A DNA stretch of 64,000 nucleotides, taken from the human T2T-CHM13v2.0 reference genome, Homo sapiens. A model generated the notes under the pieces. It was not told the DNA's origin and did not search any database. It saw nothing but the letters and a program-made list of their open reading frames with translations. Positions 1 to 18,190 of this stretch are shown one piece after another. Numbering within the stretch: position 1 is the stretch's first letter; each line of letters begins with the position of its first letter. Position numbers and translations under genes: made by a program. The stretch lies in NCBI RefSeq assembly GCF_009914755.1, contig NC_060933.1; one strand, given 5' to 3'.

Positions 1-254
1 GGTGGGCGGATCACGAGGTCAAGAGATCGAGACCATCTTGGCCAACATGGTGAAACTCTGTCTGTACTAAAAATACAAAAATTAGCTGGGCATGGTGGCA
101 CATGCCTGCAGTCCCAGCTACTTGGGAGGCTGAGGCAGGAGAACCCAGGAGGTGGAGGGAGGCCGAGGTTGCAGTGAGGTTGCACTGCACTCCAGCCTGG
201 CTACAGAGCGAAACTCCGTCTCAATAAATAAACAAACAAACAAACAAACAAACA
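1..254 (+). mobile_element. Alu (AluS-like, cut by the window edge, internally scrambled right arm, (AAAC)n tail)
   Basis: Alu consensus similarity. Confidence 0.9.
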
Positions 255-1452
<1,198 letters not shown>

Positions 1453-1580
1453 GGGATATGTGTTTTGCCGCTTATTATGTGTGTGACCATGGTTGTATCA
1501 CTTAACCTTAGTTTTCTCATCTCCAAAATGAGTCATATTTTATAATCTCGTACAGCTCATGTGAAGATGAAATGGGATAA

Positions 1581-1957
<377 letters not shown>

Positions 1958-3012
1958 TAGGATACTTCTCTGAGTATAAAATGTTAGTCACTCTTTACGG
2001 TTCTTCAATATCATGGTGGTCAGATGGGTTGGAAGGGCATACTTTCAGTAGGACTCAATGGAGCATGAAACTATTAATTGTGTCAGCAAGGCACCCTAAT
2101 TGGAAAGGTGATTTGTCAGCACTGAATCCATCTACACTTGCTAGATTCTGATAAGGATTAGGGATGTAGTCAGGGATTCACACAATGCTAACTGACCAGG
2201 AGGTAGGTCAAAGTCATGGACTTTGTTTCATTTTTATCACATTCTTACCTCCCAAGGATACTAGAGTCCAGAGACTGATGTAAGAGCTTTAAGCCTAGGG
2301 TCCCTCTGCTTCCAAGATAGAGCGTAGTGAATGGGCTTCCGATATACTCTTGCAAATGAGCTTTTCCTGTAGAGAAGCTTAGAGTGTCCTCAGAGTCTCA
2401 AAGGGGGTCTGTGACCCAACAGACATTACGAGCGTCTAACCATAAAGAAATTTCTAGTATTTTCCATAGCATCCTCCTCATCTAAATATCTTTTGACCTG
2501 TGCTTTCTAGTTAAAATTTTTATTTCTTTTCTCTAGGAAAAGATTAAATTTGGTTGGGATACTCACAATCTAAAATTGAACAAATGAATATATGTACTTT
2601 TTTTGGAGGGATTGTTAATTAAGAAACAGAGAAGAGCTATCTGTAAAGTAGAAAATCATGAAAGATAGAGAAGTTGCAGTCATTTTCCATAATTTTAATA
2701 CTGCAGTGTAACCTAAATATCCTTGGCCTTCACAGCCAGTGGGTGTAAACAAGGCCACAGGAACATTAGTAAGACCTGAATTTAGCATCCTTATTATCCC
2801 TTCCTGACATATTTCAGGACCCCAGCTCATCTCTAATTTCATGGAGGTTTCACTTGTGCTCAGGAACAAGTCCATACATGCTCTAATTTTGTATCATTAC
2901 TGAAGTCCGTTACTAGGAACCATCGTATTGTGGTTCTTCAATATAGCCACTGTGGCCAGGATCTCCAGTGGGAATGCTACTTCCTGGCATTTCTGCTCCA
3001 CTGCTGTGCTGA

Positions 3013-4122
<1,110 letters not shown>

Positions 4123-4479
4123 TAGAGTAATGAATGCAGATAAATCTTTGAGGTTGGAAATCTGGGGAAGTTACCAAAAGGTTAATGAAGTGCCTATGCT
4201 TAGCTTAGGCACTTCATTAAACTTTTAATAATAGTAATAATAAATGTTTTATGTCAATTGGAATTCTTTGGGCTGAAAGTAATAAAATATTTAATTTATA
4301 GTGTCTTAAGCAATAAAGGCATTAATGTCCCTTCTGCTCCAAAATATTAGGGCTCTGGATAAATGCCCAATGTAAGACTTTGTCTGTTTTATTTATTAGT
4401 GTATCCCCCAAAGTCTAGAAGACCTGGCAATAGTAAGTGCCCAGTAAATACTTGCTGAATGGACAAATGAATGTCTTTT

Positions 4480-4880
4480 CCACTCTCCTGACTTTTCACT
4501 CACAAGCATGACATGGCTGCAGCTGCTCTATTATGTTATCATAAGGCAATGACCAGAGCAAGAATAAAGGGTGCTCAAGATAAAATACTCTATCCACACA
4601 TATCTTTGTTAGCAGGGACAAAAATTTTTCTGGGAAGACATCAGCAGACTTCTCCTTTTCATTGGCCAGAAATGGAACATCAGCTCACCCTTAGACCACT
4701 CAACATATGAAGAATATGAGATCGTCACAATTGACTTCAGTTGGTCTTGATTCATTTGAGGAGATTGGGTACTATTCTGCAGCCCAAACCAAATCAGGTC
4801 CCTGCTAGCAAGAAAGAAGAGAATGGTGGGGACCAACAGGTGCCTGCTACACCCTTTCCAACATTCCCAGCCCCAGTTTT
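4480..4880. mobile_element. Old MLT1-type MaLR LTR fragment
   Basis: Diverged motifs (acatggctgcagc, cagcagacttctccttttcattggccagaa, caaatcaggtccctgctagcaagaaagaag); a similar fragment lies at about 10370-10710. Confidence 0.5.
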
Positions 4881-5066
4881 CATATTTGTTGCATGTCCTC
4901 CCATGCAGCACACTTTGGTCATTGGAACAAAATAATTGGCCATGTCCTCATTTTTAAAGAGTCTTTCATAGAAAAGTTAGCAGAATATCTGGTCTGCATA
5001 TTATTTAAATGAAGGGAAAGCTTAGCAGTTCTGAACATCATCATCTCTGAAACTAAAGTATATTTA

Positions 5067-5372
5067 GGCTGGGCGTGGTGGATCACACCTGTAATCCCAG
5101 TACTTTGGGAGGCTCAGGCAGGTGGATCACCTGAGGTCAGGAGTTCGAGACCAGCCTGGCCGACATGGTGAAACCCTGTGTCTACTAAAATTACAAAAAT
5201 TAGCCAGTATGGTGGCGAGCGCCTGTACTCCCAGCTACTCGGGAGGCTGAGGCATGAGAATCTCTTGAACCTGGGAGGCGAGAGGTTGCAGTGAGCGGAG
5301 ATCATGCCATTGCACTCCAGCCTGGGGGATGGAGCAAGACCCTGTCTCTAAATAAATAGATAAATAAAGAAA
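5067..5372 (+). mobile_element. AluSx-like
   Basis: Full-length; TSD AAAGTATATT. Confidence 0.9.
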
Positions 5373-6375
5373 GAAAGTATATTGAGAGCCTCCAAGTTGC
5401 TAGTGTTCTTTCTTGAACATTACACTACAATTCAAATTTTTTGTTAATTCTGGCTGACCTCCCTCATACCTAGCCCAAGTTTTTAAGACATATGGATTGA
5501 GAAGTTTGTATTCAAAAGTTCTTTTTTTCCCCCCTGTGTGATGCTTGAATAGATAACATTGAACTGACATTCTATTAGTACTCTAGTAATGGGCCAGCTC
5601 ATTCCTTCTTTAATCCAACTTCATGAAGCAACCTGTGTACCTAGAAAAGAAATCCTTGCATCATTAAATTGAAATGAATTAGACTTTTAGACACAGTGGG
5701 TGATTTTAGCTGTGTCATGCAATGTTTCGAAGAAGGGGCTTCTGTAGACATAGACACAGAGACATCAAGGAGGCATTAAAAAAAAAGCAGGTGCAAAATG
5801 AAGAAATAAACTGTACCCTAAGAGCTCTTGTCCATCTAGAACATGCAGCTTTACATTCTAGGGACACAAAGTACTCTTTCTCAACTTAAGGAATAGTCAT
5901 GTATAATTTCCCCCAGACAGCATGAACATCCAGATGCCTAGTCCTCTCAGGGGTTCAGAAACCCTGAACCAGCGGTTGAAAAATCACTGGTATTAATAAA
6001 AGGCCTCCTGTCAGTAAAAGGTTATTAGAGAGTAACCGGGGAGCACTTTCCTTTAGAAGAGTGTGTTCAGAGCCATTAGAATGCCCAGAACTAGTTAACT
6101 GAGGGCATTTTAACTGTCACTGAAGAGACAAAATGGCAGTCATGCTGGGCTCCAATCACTGTTGGCCACCATGGAAACCATCTCTCAGAACTGGCTTCCA
6201 GCTGCTTACATTTCACATCTTGGTGACCTCAGGACAAACACAGGAGCATTTTTATGTTATTTTAAATCTTCAAATGCAGGCAGCTTCAGACAGAGTCTCA
6301 AGTTATCACCAGATTAATTGGAAATATTTGGACAGTCAGGAAGTGGTAAAGTTGTAGAAATTAGTAGGATATTGA

Positions 6376-6753
<378 letters not shown>

Positions 6754-7285
6754 TGAATCACTCTTTCCTCCTCCATGAAATGTGGATGAGAATGTTTATG
6801 TGGTTATTTTCTGGGGATTAAATGCAGTAACAAGAAGGAGCCAAAACACGGTAGGTACTCAATAATTATTTATTTCTTTATCTCCTGCCCTTTCCTTTCC
6901 TCCAACCTCTACTCCACTCTTCCTCTCTTCCTTGCATTCCCGCAACTCCTTCTTTCTGAGAAAGCTAACATACTTAGGCCAATTAGCTTTCTTTTTCAGA
7001 GAGCTAGCATATGTAGGCCAATAAACCTACTATATGTAGGCCCAATTCATTGATCAATTTTTGGGTACCTACTAAGCACCAGATACCCTTCTAAATATGT
7101 GAGCTACACAGTGAAAAAGGTAAGGTCTTGGCAGGGGGGCTTTTGTGTAAACAAATGTAGAATAAGGATTTATTGATATTCTAGTGCTGTGCTATAACTT
7201 AACAGGCAAATTTAAATTGTGTAATGTTTTTGTCACAAAATGCTCAAAAAGTCAGACCTGAGCTTACAGGGCTAAACTTCCCCTT

Positions 7286-7287
<2 letters not shown>

Positions 7288-7332
<45 letters not shown>

Positions 7333-7492
7333 AGACGGAGTCTCGCTCTGTCGCCCAGGCTGGAGTGCAGTGGCGCGATCTCGGCTGACTGCAAGCTCCG
7401 CCTCCCGGGTTCACGCCATTCTCCCGCCTCAGTCTCCTGAGTAGCCGGGACTACAGGCACCCGCTACAACGCCCGGCTAATTTTTTTTGTAT
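7288..7492 (-). mobile_element. 5'-truncated AluY (right arm only) with a 44-nt pure poly(A)
   Basis: AluY-type right arm (gcaagctccgcc, cacgccattc); T44 at 7288-7331; TSD TTCCCCTTCCTT at 7278-7289 and 7493-7504. Confidence 0.92.
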
Positions 7493-8740
7493 TTCCCCTT
7501 CCTTCTTTGCTTTCAAAATCCAGGCTTAGGGGTACAAAAACCTATATTGTCTGAGACAGGAAGCACTCCGAAGTTTGAAGAAGAGGGCAGCAGCCCAACT
7601 CAGAAGAACTGGACTCCCCAGCACTATAAGGAGAGAGGGTGGTGGTTCCACCAGAGGTGAGGACTTGCTTTCTGCTCTCTACAGCACCCCAAAGAGGGAT
7701 GCCTAGAGAATCCATACTGAGTACCACAGCCCTGTCCCAGGGGCTTAATGGGACAGAGAGAGAGTGTGTGCCTGGTACAGAGGTAAGTTTATTTTTGATG
7801 GACCTGGTATATCACAGGAACTGCCACTATGGCCTTAACCCACCCTGTGGATTGAGCAAGTAGGAGTTTGTGTATGATCTACCGGGAGGAGCAGGGGATA
7901 AAGGCCCAGAAAATTAAGTGGCATTTTATGACCTCCCAGTGCTGGTTGGGGCAGGCTGTGGAAAAAACAAGCCATAATTAATTTGATTTAGAAAAATTAA
8001 GAAGTTTGTTCTTGTGCACTCAAGGGTTATGGAACAGCTCAAGCCATTCTCAAAAAACCATTGTCCAGTGTTGCTTGACCCAGTTAAAATCACCAGGTGT
8101 GTCTAAAAGTTTCTGACTAGTTTCAATCCAATGATATACGGATTTCTTTTCTGTGGTGCACAGGTTACATTATGAACCTGGACTAAAAGGGAATGAGTTG
8201 ACCCATTATAGAGTGTTAACAGAATGTTAATTCTGTGGCACTTACTCAGACATCCTCCTGGAAGAAAAGAACTTTTTGAACGTAGACTTCTCAATCCACA
8301 TGTCTTAAAAACTTGGGCTAGGTGTGAAGGAGATCAGCTATAATTAAGAAAAAATCTGAATTGTATTGTGATGTACAAGATAGAATATTTGTTATTTAAA
8401 ATTTGCATCAAAGAAACATAATTCATTTGGTCTAAAGTATTTCCAAGTCAAGATTCATCTAAGTCTGCTTTATTTGTAGAAACTACGCCTTATTGGTTAA
8501 GATCCCTAACTTATACTTAAAAAGTAATACCACAAAAACGTAAAATACAGACAATTATCCTAAGTAAATTGATCCTAAGTAAACTGCTGATCTTGAATAT
8601 TAATTTAACAAAATGAGAAACTTGTACAAATGTAAATCATAACTCAACAAGGTTGAGCTGCTGAAAAAGGGGGAGATGCAAATGAGCAGATCTTCCACAG
8701 ATGAGAGCAATAGTTACTATTTTCATATGCCAAGGTTTTA

Positions 8741-9506
<766 letters not shown>

Positions 9507-9589
9507 TCCCCAGGTTTTCTATCCTCAATGATCTCTGATTTTTCAGAACCCTTATCTTATATAGAACTAAAAATATATTCATATCGTTA

Positions 9590-9998
9590 TTTATTTATTT
9601 ATTTATTTTTATTATACTTTAAGTTCTAGGGTACATGTGCACAACGTGCAGGTTTGTTACATATGTATACATGTGCCATGTTGGTGTGCTGCACCCATTA
9701 ACTCATCATTTACATTAGGTATATCTCCTAATGCTATCCCTCCCCGCTCCCACCACCCCACGACAGGCCCCAGTGTGTGATGTTCCCCATCCTGTGTCCA
9801 AGTGTTCTCATTGTTCAATTTCCCACCTATGAGTGAGAACATGCAGTGTTTGGTTTTCTGTCCTTGAGATAGTTTGCTCAGAATGATGGTTTCCAGCTTC
9901 ATCCTTGTCCCTACAAAGGACATGAACTCATCATTTTTATGGCTGCATAGTATTCCATGGTGTATATGTGCCACATTTTCTTAATCTAGTCTATCATT
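9590..9998 (-). mobile_element. L1PA 3'-end fragment (about 400 bp, 5'-truncated)
   Basis: Canonical L1PA 3' UTR (ttattatactttaagttctagggtacatgtgcacaac) with an A-rich tail; degenerate TSD attcatatcgttattt / attcacatcattattt. Confidence 0.93.
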
Positions 9999-10812
9999 CA
10001 CATCATTATTTGTTTTATGAGTATATGACTTGTTTAATTAAATGGACTCTGGACTCTATCCAGAGTCTGTAGGAATTTTTCACTTCACAAAGAAATAAAG
10101 AAAATAAGACAGAATATTAAGGTTTTAAAAAAGGTTTAATTAATTCAACCTTTGATTTTTTTCCTGAGTGTATGTCTTTTTTTAATGTTAAAATGACCTT
10201 TATAAAATGATAATTTGAGAAATACAGAACAATCTCTCTCTTTCTCCCCATCTCCCAATGAAGAGACTGAATTCAGAGAGGTGAAGTAATGTTGCCAAGG
10301 GTAAGCTCAAACTCAAGTGCATCAGTCAGCCATATGCAATAGGGTGGCTTTGATTTCAAGGTGGTAGTCATGGTTCTAGATATCACAAGGAGACATGCCA
10401 GTGTTTAACAACATAAGAAGAGATGCTCTCTTTCTGTGTTCACCTTTTGTAAAAGTGAGGAAATCTTTCCCAGAGGACATCCAGTGGACTTCTCCCTCAT
10501 CTCACTGGTTAAAATGTGTCACATGTTGAGAACCAGCCCAATCACTGTGGCAAAATGAATGGGGCATCCACCTCCCAATTGGCGAGGAGGTACCACTGAG
10601 TTGGGTGATAGTTACTTTCTTTGAGGGATAGCTAATGGAACAAAAGTGGGTTCTGCAAGCACAAAAGAATGGAGGATTTGGTTGTCAATAAACAGTCACT
10701 GAGGTCAGCTACTCCGGGATAATTCTAGGGGTCTTTGTACTGGACAAAATATTGGTTGAATGAATAAATAGAAGTATATATGTAGGCGAAAGATATTAAG
10801 AATATAAATTCA

Positions 10813-11147
<335 letters not shown>

Positions 11148-11379
11148 TTAATTCCTTACGTCTTTCTTTAGAACCACTAAATACCTTGATAATTTATGGT
11201 AATGTCCACTCAAATGTACTGTATAAAAATTTCTTCCTCATTCATACTTACAGTGCTATAAAGGCAAGCGAACTCTAAAGTCACACTATAAATATGTTTT
11301 TATCACGATATTGATTATTTCAACTCTATCTCTAAAGAGTTGTGGAAATTTAATAGAAAAGAAAAATAAAGCTCTAGGA

Positions 11380-11625
11380 GATGCATAGAAAAGCCAAACA
11401 ATTGCACAGATTTTTAACCAGCATTTTTCCCCAAAATATGTGAGAGCAGTATAAATACATGAAAAAAATGTTCAGTTTCATCAGTAATCACAGAAATGCA
11501 AATTACCCTGAGAAACATTTTCATCCATCAAACTGGCAATTTTTTTTCTTATGTTTAGTATTAAAGTTGATGAGCATGTAAAGAAATAGGCACGCTCATA
11601 TACTGATGGTGAGAATGCACTTCCT
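11380..11625 (+). mobile_element. Old L1M fragment (ORF2 3' region)
   Basis: aaatacatgaaaaaaatgttcagtttcatcagtaatcacagaaatgcaaatta resembles the L1 ORF2 C-terminal region. Confidence 0.6.
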
Positions 11626-12040
11626 GTGGTCTTTCTGGTTTTCATTTTAACATTGCATGACAAAGGATTGCTTACTTTCTGTCTGCTTTCCTACGCCTCA
11701 GGATCATTTAGTACAGGGACTGTATTTGTCCCACTTGAGTATTCCTAGTGCCAAGACCACTGATAATTCAATAAATGTATAATTAAGTTTTACATATTTA
11801 TTGAATGGTCACTAAATATTAATGAAATTGATAAGCAAATGATTAAAAAAGAAAACATAGTCTTTAACCCAGCATTAAGGTTTCTAGGAATATAAATAAA
11901 AAATATGAGTTATATGCCAAAAATTATCTATAAAGATGTTATCCTATGGTAAGTTGTAATATCAACTAGGAAAAAAAATGTCAGTGGAGGAAATAATGTT
12001 TAGGAATAAAGGATTAGCTTTCTAAATGTTAGCATATTTG

Positions 12041-12323
12041 GGCCAGGCGCAGCGGCTCACACCTGCAATCCCAGCACTTCAGGAGGCCGAGGGGGGCAGA
12101 TTCCATGAGCTCAGGAGTTTGAGACCAGCCTGGCCAACATGGCAAAACCACATCTCTACTAAAAATACAAAAATTAGCTGGATGTGGTGGCTCACGCCTG
12201 TAGTCCTAGCTAGTCAGGAGTCTGAGTGGGAGGATCACTTAGGGAGGTCGAGGCTACAGTGAGCTGTGATCGGGCCACTGCTCTTAAGCCTGGATGACAG
12301 AGTGAGACCCTGTCTCAAAAAAA
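12041..12323 (+). mobile_element. AluJ-like
   Basis: Diverged Alu with J-type right arm. Confidence 0.85.
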
Positions 12324-13009
12324 ATTTCAAAATTATCCCTTTTGCTAAATACATGGATATGTGTAAATGTTTGGAAAAAATGCTGAAAGAATATATAACA
12401 AAATATGAACAATCATTATTTCACTATAATGAGAAGGTAGCTGATTTTTAAGATGTTTTTCTATTCTTAACGTGTTGTTTTGGGGATAAGAAAGAGAATA
12501 AATTTTCTTTTAAGTGAGTGATTTGGAAAAAAATTCTTTTCATTTGATTACTCCTAATCAAATGTCATTATTTATTTTGGTAAATAATGATGGCTTGAGC
12601 AAGATATACACTTTATCAAACAAAGTAAGCACAGAGAACCAATTAGTCATATTTTTTATGAGAGACCATGGGATGTTTTCCCTCTGTGACTTCTGCAGAA
12701 AAGATATACATTTTGAAATAATATTTTAAAGATTATTAAAAAGAGTCACATTTCTGTGTAAATTGTGGAACCACATCTCTTAGAGCTGACCTTCAAAATA
12801 TAATCTATTGTATCTAAAGTTAATCTTTAACCTTGTATAGCCCATAAGCAAGAAGAGGAACTTAATGTGTTTCAAAGCTGCTTGCCTGCTTCTCTCTCCT
12901 TGCCAGTGCTATTTAAAGATCAGTGTAAGTGCACTTATCAATAGGATTTATGAGTCATATCAATAATTACAAACTACAGCAATAATTTTCCCAAAGAGAT
13001 GCAGCATTC

Positions 13010-13314
<305 letters not shown>

Positions 13315-14132
13315 ACAGCATTCTTTTAAAACTCTAAGAAAAATGGCATTTGTCATGTGACAATGAAATCAGGAGTCGTTTAGAAGCAGTGGGGTCTTTT
13401 CTTGTTTTCTTTGGTCAATCCATATCACTGCAGGTAAGAAATAAATCAAGTGATTTAGTAAGCATAAAATGTGACATTGTTAACATGCTTACTATGTTAA
13501 CATTTGATGCACATGATCCAACTTCTCTAACATGTTTTATAAGGCCATGTGCTCTCCGTGGTAGATATTTAAATTTTTCTACTCATATCAAGCCTATGCT
13601 TCCACCACCTACCCTTTAACACATGACTTCAACACTTCAGCATCATTCGGGAAACAGAAGGCAGCAGGCAGAAAATGACTCTACTTTGCACCACCGACCC
13701 TGCAAACTTACCAACCTCAGCACTCACCAATCCACTCTTCTTTCTAGGGTTAATTTCTCTACTTGTGCTCTGGATCTCATCTTCCCCTGCCTTCTTGGGG
13801 ACTTTACTCCATTAATGAGTCCCCTCTCCTTTATCTTCAGGTTCTTACTTCAACCACAGGCGTTTCAATACCCTCTCGAGAAGCATATAAATAGCATTAA
13901 TAAAATGGCAACTCCCATTCACTAAGCATTTAGTTCGTACCAAACATGGTAGGTACTGAAGCCTCTTAAATATATTATTTTTCTCAACCTCTTTTTACGG
14001 TTGATGTTGTTTTCTACATTATGCACATGAGGGAAATGAAACTCCAAAAGGTTAAGCACCAACCAAGATTATGCAACATGCGTGTGGCAAAGCAGGGATT
14101 CAAACCAAACTCTGTCTGAGCATAAGATTCTA

Positions 14133-14442
<310 letters not shown>

Positions 14443-15901
14443 TTAATCATTGTGTTATTTTGCCCTTGTTTGTCTCCAAAAAGCTCCCTCTTTAACCCAA
14501 TCATTATCTCTCTGCCTCATCATAGACAAACTTCCTGAAAGACTTGTATACACTTGCTATCTCCACTGTACTTTGCACATCTCAACGCATGGAAGCTTGG
14601 CATACACCCAGTGACATCACTGAAACTGCTCTTGGCAACATCACCAATTACCTTCTTGTTTCTAACGTCAAAGAATCTGAGTCCCTTTAATAACTTGACT
14701 TAGAGCAGCCACTGACTCTGTTGACAGCCCTCTCCTTGAAACATTGACTTCCATGGACTTTCATGAAATACCACTTTGCTAGTTTTTCTCCTATTTTATA
14801 AATCTCTGGGGTTGAAGTTTGCTTCTTTTTCACTGTCTACCCCTTATGTGTTGAGATAGATCAGACCTGCCTTAGATCTCCTCTTCTGATTACAAGTACT
14901 GTCCTGGGATTTCATCCACTCATACAACTTTACTTCCATTTGCTGATCAAGCCCACAATTCTACCTGGAGCCCAGGTCTCTATCCTGACTTTCAGACATG
15001 AGAATCTTCTGCCTAATTGACATCTGATTTTACGTTTCTCACAGGCATGGGGGCAGAGCAGTGAAATGTTGAGAGCATCTTATTTAGACTCAGATTGCTG
15101 GGCTCAATTCTTGGCATGAGCAGCTAGAACTATGCATCTCTGGGCTCTGGGCATTCATCTCTTTGAACCTTCCTTTCCTCAACTGTAAGATGGGGAAAAT
15201 AATCATTATTATTTGATAGGGGCATTCTAAGCATTAAATGAAAGAATACTTGGAAAGTACTTGGCAGAATGTCTTGCACATAGAAAGTTCTCTGTTAAAT
15301 GCAGCCTATTATTAATATTGTAACTCTGCAACTTTATGGAATGGAGAGTTAACGTATGTAATGGAACACACTATGTACACAAGATTACTCTTTGTCTTCC
15401 TCTTGCACTTCTTTATCTCTTATTTTCATTGCTTTTGGAAAAAATGTATACATTTACACACACACACACACACACACACAGACACCTGAGAGAAACAAAA
15501 GAGTTTATAATGGGATCAAGAGTAATCCTTTCCATCCAACTTTACAGTCTTTCTTTTTCACTGATGACAATGGAATCAGGTGCCTCCCCCATGTCTTCAA
15601 GATTATCCAGCCTTTCTATCATTTCCCTTTTTTGTAGTGGCCACCTTCCAGAACCTTTACTGTCCTGCTCCAAGGATAAGCTCTGCCCAGCAGGTGGGAG
15701 TGGGGAGAAGAATCCACTTTGACATTTTGGGAGATGTCCATGACCTTTCAGAACTCTTCTTGAAAAGCTTTTAAATTCTAGAATTTATGTTTTCTAATCA
15801 TTATTTTCTTTGACTGTGTATTCATATTTTAAGAAGGCACCTTCTCGATCTCACCAAAGCAGTATTTATAAATTTTTTAGAAGTTCTCTTTTGTTCCCTA
15901 A

Positions 15902-16642
<741 letters not shown>

Positions 16643-17580
16643 TAGACCTTGTGCAGTTTCTAAATAAATATAATGAAACAAAGAATTCATTTAATTAAAT
16701 TTAATTTAGTTAAAATTGCATCAAGCAATTGTTTTGCGTGAAAAACTCTGATTAAGTAGAAGAGGTCCAAAGACAGTGAGAAGCCAGTGAGGATACATTT
16801 AAAAATTGAAGGCTGTGCTGCCATTAGGTGAGTGGAACACTTGAGAGTATTGTACCATAGTTTTGCAGAGAGGAAAACAAGGACCAAGATCTACTAGGAC
16901 ATACCAAAAAGGCCAACCTCTAGCAACAGGAAAAAAGAAGAGAAAACATGGAAAAGAAAAGAACTTTTCCAGGCTATATAGTGGAAACCACCTATGCCCT
17001 TTACCTCTTTATTTGTATCAGCCATGGCACCTTCCTTGTAGCTACAAGAGCTATTAACAGCAGTATCAAAGAAAGCAAAGTGTTAAATATCAGAGAAGTT
17101 TCTGTTGCACCACATTTTATAACATAGAAGACACTTTATAAATTGCAAACGCCTCAGTATTTTATGTGTCACCAAGAAAGCAAAAAATGCTGCTACTCAA
17201 ACTATAATATGCCATTGATCATAATTTACACTTAGATTTCAGTGATGTTAAAATGTGAGACATATGTCTTTAGAACCAATGAGAACCAGTGGAATTTAGT
17301 ATCTGCTCTGTTTGTCTTGATTGTGGAGAAATCACCAATAATATGTAGAAAAAAGGGCTTTAATTTTTAAAAGAGTGTTGAGAAGTCTTGGTGGAAAGCA
17401 CCTAGATGTTGGCACCTGTCAAACAGGCTGCCTTCCTAGTTACATTAGTTACAAGGTGTATGACATCCACTAAATAAGCTCCTTGAAGGAGTTTTCTTTT
17501 TTTTTAATTTCTAAAATGAAGACAGTGTTGCTTAGTATGTTGTTATATGATGGAGGTGGCTAATGGGTTATGGGAATAAT

Positions 17581-17723
17581 CAGCCTGGCTAATTTTTGTA
17601 TTTTTAGTAGAGATGGGGTTTCACCATGGTGGTCAGGCTGGTCTCGAACTCCTGACCTTGTGATCCACCCGCCTCGGCCTCCCAAAGTGCTGAGATTACA
17701 GGCTTGAGCCATCGCGCCTGGCC
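17581..17723 (-). mobile_element. Alu left arm only (right arm and tail missing)
   Basis: Begins abruptly at the linker (cctggctaatttttgta); no tail or TSD. Confidence 0.88.
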
Positions 17724-18089
17724 CTGGTGATCAGTCTTATTTGGAAACCACTGGTGAGCAGGGTTTTAACCTCCAAAATCATAAAACAGTGATTACCTTC
17801 TTTAAAACAAATGAATACTATTTTTAGGGCTGCCGATATTTTATGTTTGAATCCTGGATGATTTGGGAGAGAGGACTCAAAGGATTCTTTATTAATGGTA
17901 TTGATCTAGATAAAGACTACATTTACCAGTCTCCTTTGCAGTGAGGTGTGGCCATGTGCCTAAGTTCTGACCAAATGGATGAGAGTGGAAATGAAGTGTG
18001 CAAACTGCAGTCTTGCCTTTGAAGCACTGGTTTCTGGTGGCTTCTGTTCCGTGGGCTTCTTTGGCAGCCTGGAGAGGCCAGAGAAGGAT

Positions 18090-18190
18090 CCTTCCTTCCT
18101 TCATTCCTTCCTTTCTTCCTTCCTTCCTTCCTTTATTCCCTCCCTCCCTCCCTCCCTTCCTTCCTCTCTCTCTCTCTCTTTCTTTTTCTT
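18090..18190. repeat. (CCTT)n/(CCCT)n/(CT)n polypyrimidine tract, tail of a partial AluJ at about 18190-18336
   Basis: Read directly. Confidence 0.9.
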
